A DNA stretch of 63,993 bases, the filler included, from Octopus bimaculoides (lineage: Eukaryota): the NCBI RefSeq assembly GCF_001194135.2. It is 6 parts of 5 records of this genome, joined end to end, with 100 filler letters (N's around TTAATTAATTAA, not from the genome) between each part and the next. Parts side by side here need not be neighbours in the genome. Positions count along the whole stretch, not along the records: positions 62,984 to 63,993 come from NC_068990.1; 5 more parts are not named here. One strand, 5' to 3'. Positions 63,961 to 63,993 of the stretch are shown here, piece by piece. The first letter of the stretch is position 1; each line of letters begins with the position of its first letter. The notes beneath the pieces are model-generated. The model was not told where the DNA came from and did no database searches. It worked only from the letters and a program-made list of their open reading frames with translations. Made by a program: the position numbers and the translations under genes.

Positions 63961-63993
<33 letters not shown>
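63720..63993. repeat. (CCT)n/(TAT/CAT)n trinucleotide tracts
   Basis: Direct sequence. Confidence 0.97.

Noticed and set aside
1-63993. Most ORFs in the supplied track (poly-VC, HT, YI, IYLS, poly-I/D/M/H, and X-filled frames)
   Set aside because: They are translations of microsatellites and N-gaps, not proteins.

Overview
Repeat-saturated, gap-rich animal nuclear DNA, most likely an octopus scaffold (inferred from the tRNA-derived SINE families, the extreme microsatellite load and the N-gaps carrying a TTAATTAATTAA six-frame-stop linker). I can support no host protein-coding gene. Almost all ORFs in the supplied track are microsatellite or N-gap artefacts. The real coding remnants are all decayed transposons: two restriction-like-endonuclease (R4/Dong-type) LINEs, three RTE LINE fragments, two Penelope-like element (PLE) GIY-YIG remnants, a maT/DD37D-like and two mariner-type DNA transposon relics, plus at least four SINE families and MITE-like fold-backs. 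The most interesting signal is RNA-structural. At least seven type I hammerhead-ribozyme (HHR) folds from several unrelated families can be drawn by hand. One has a fully canonical core (20635-20704, minus). One sits inside a ~450-480 bp tandem repeat that looks like a non-LTR retrozyme (23341-24310). Two copies share a non-canonical core with U at position 6 (41342, 49631). Several HHR-bearing ends occur as head-to-head fold-backs whose symmetry axis lies just 5' of the ribozyme core (20681-20769, 21625-21865, 29501-29745, possibly 41551-41717). All folds and family assignments were made by eye and need computational and experimental confirmation.
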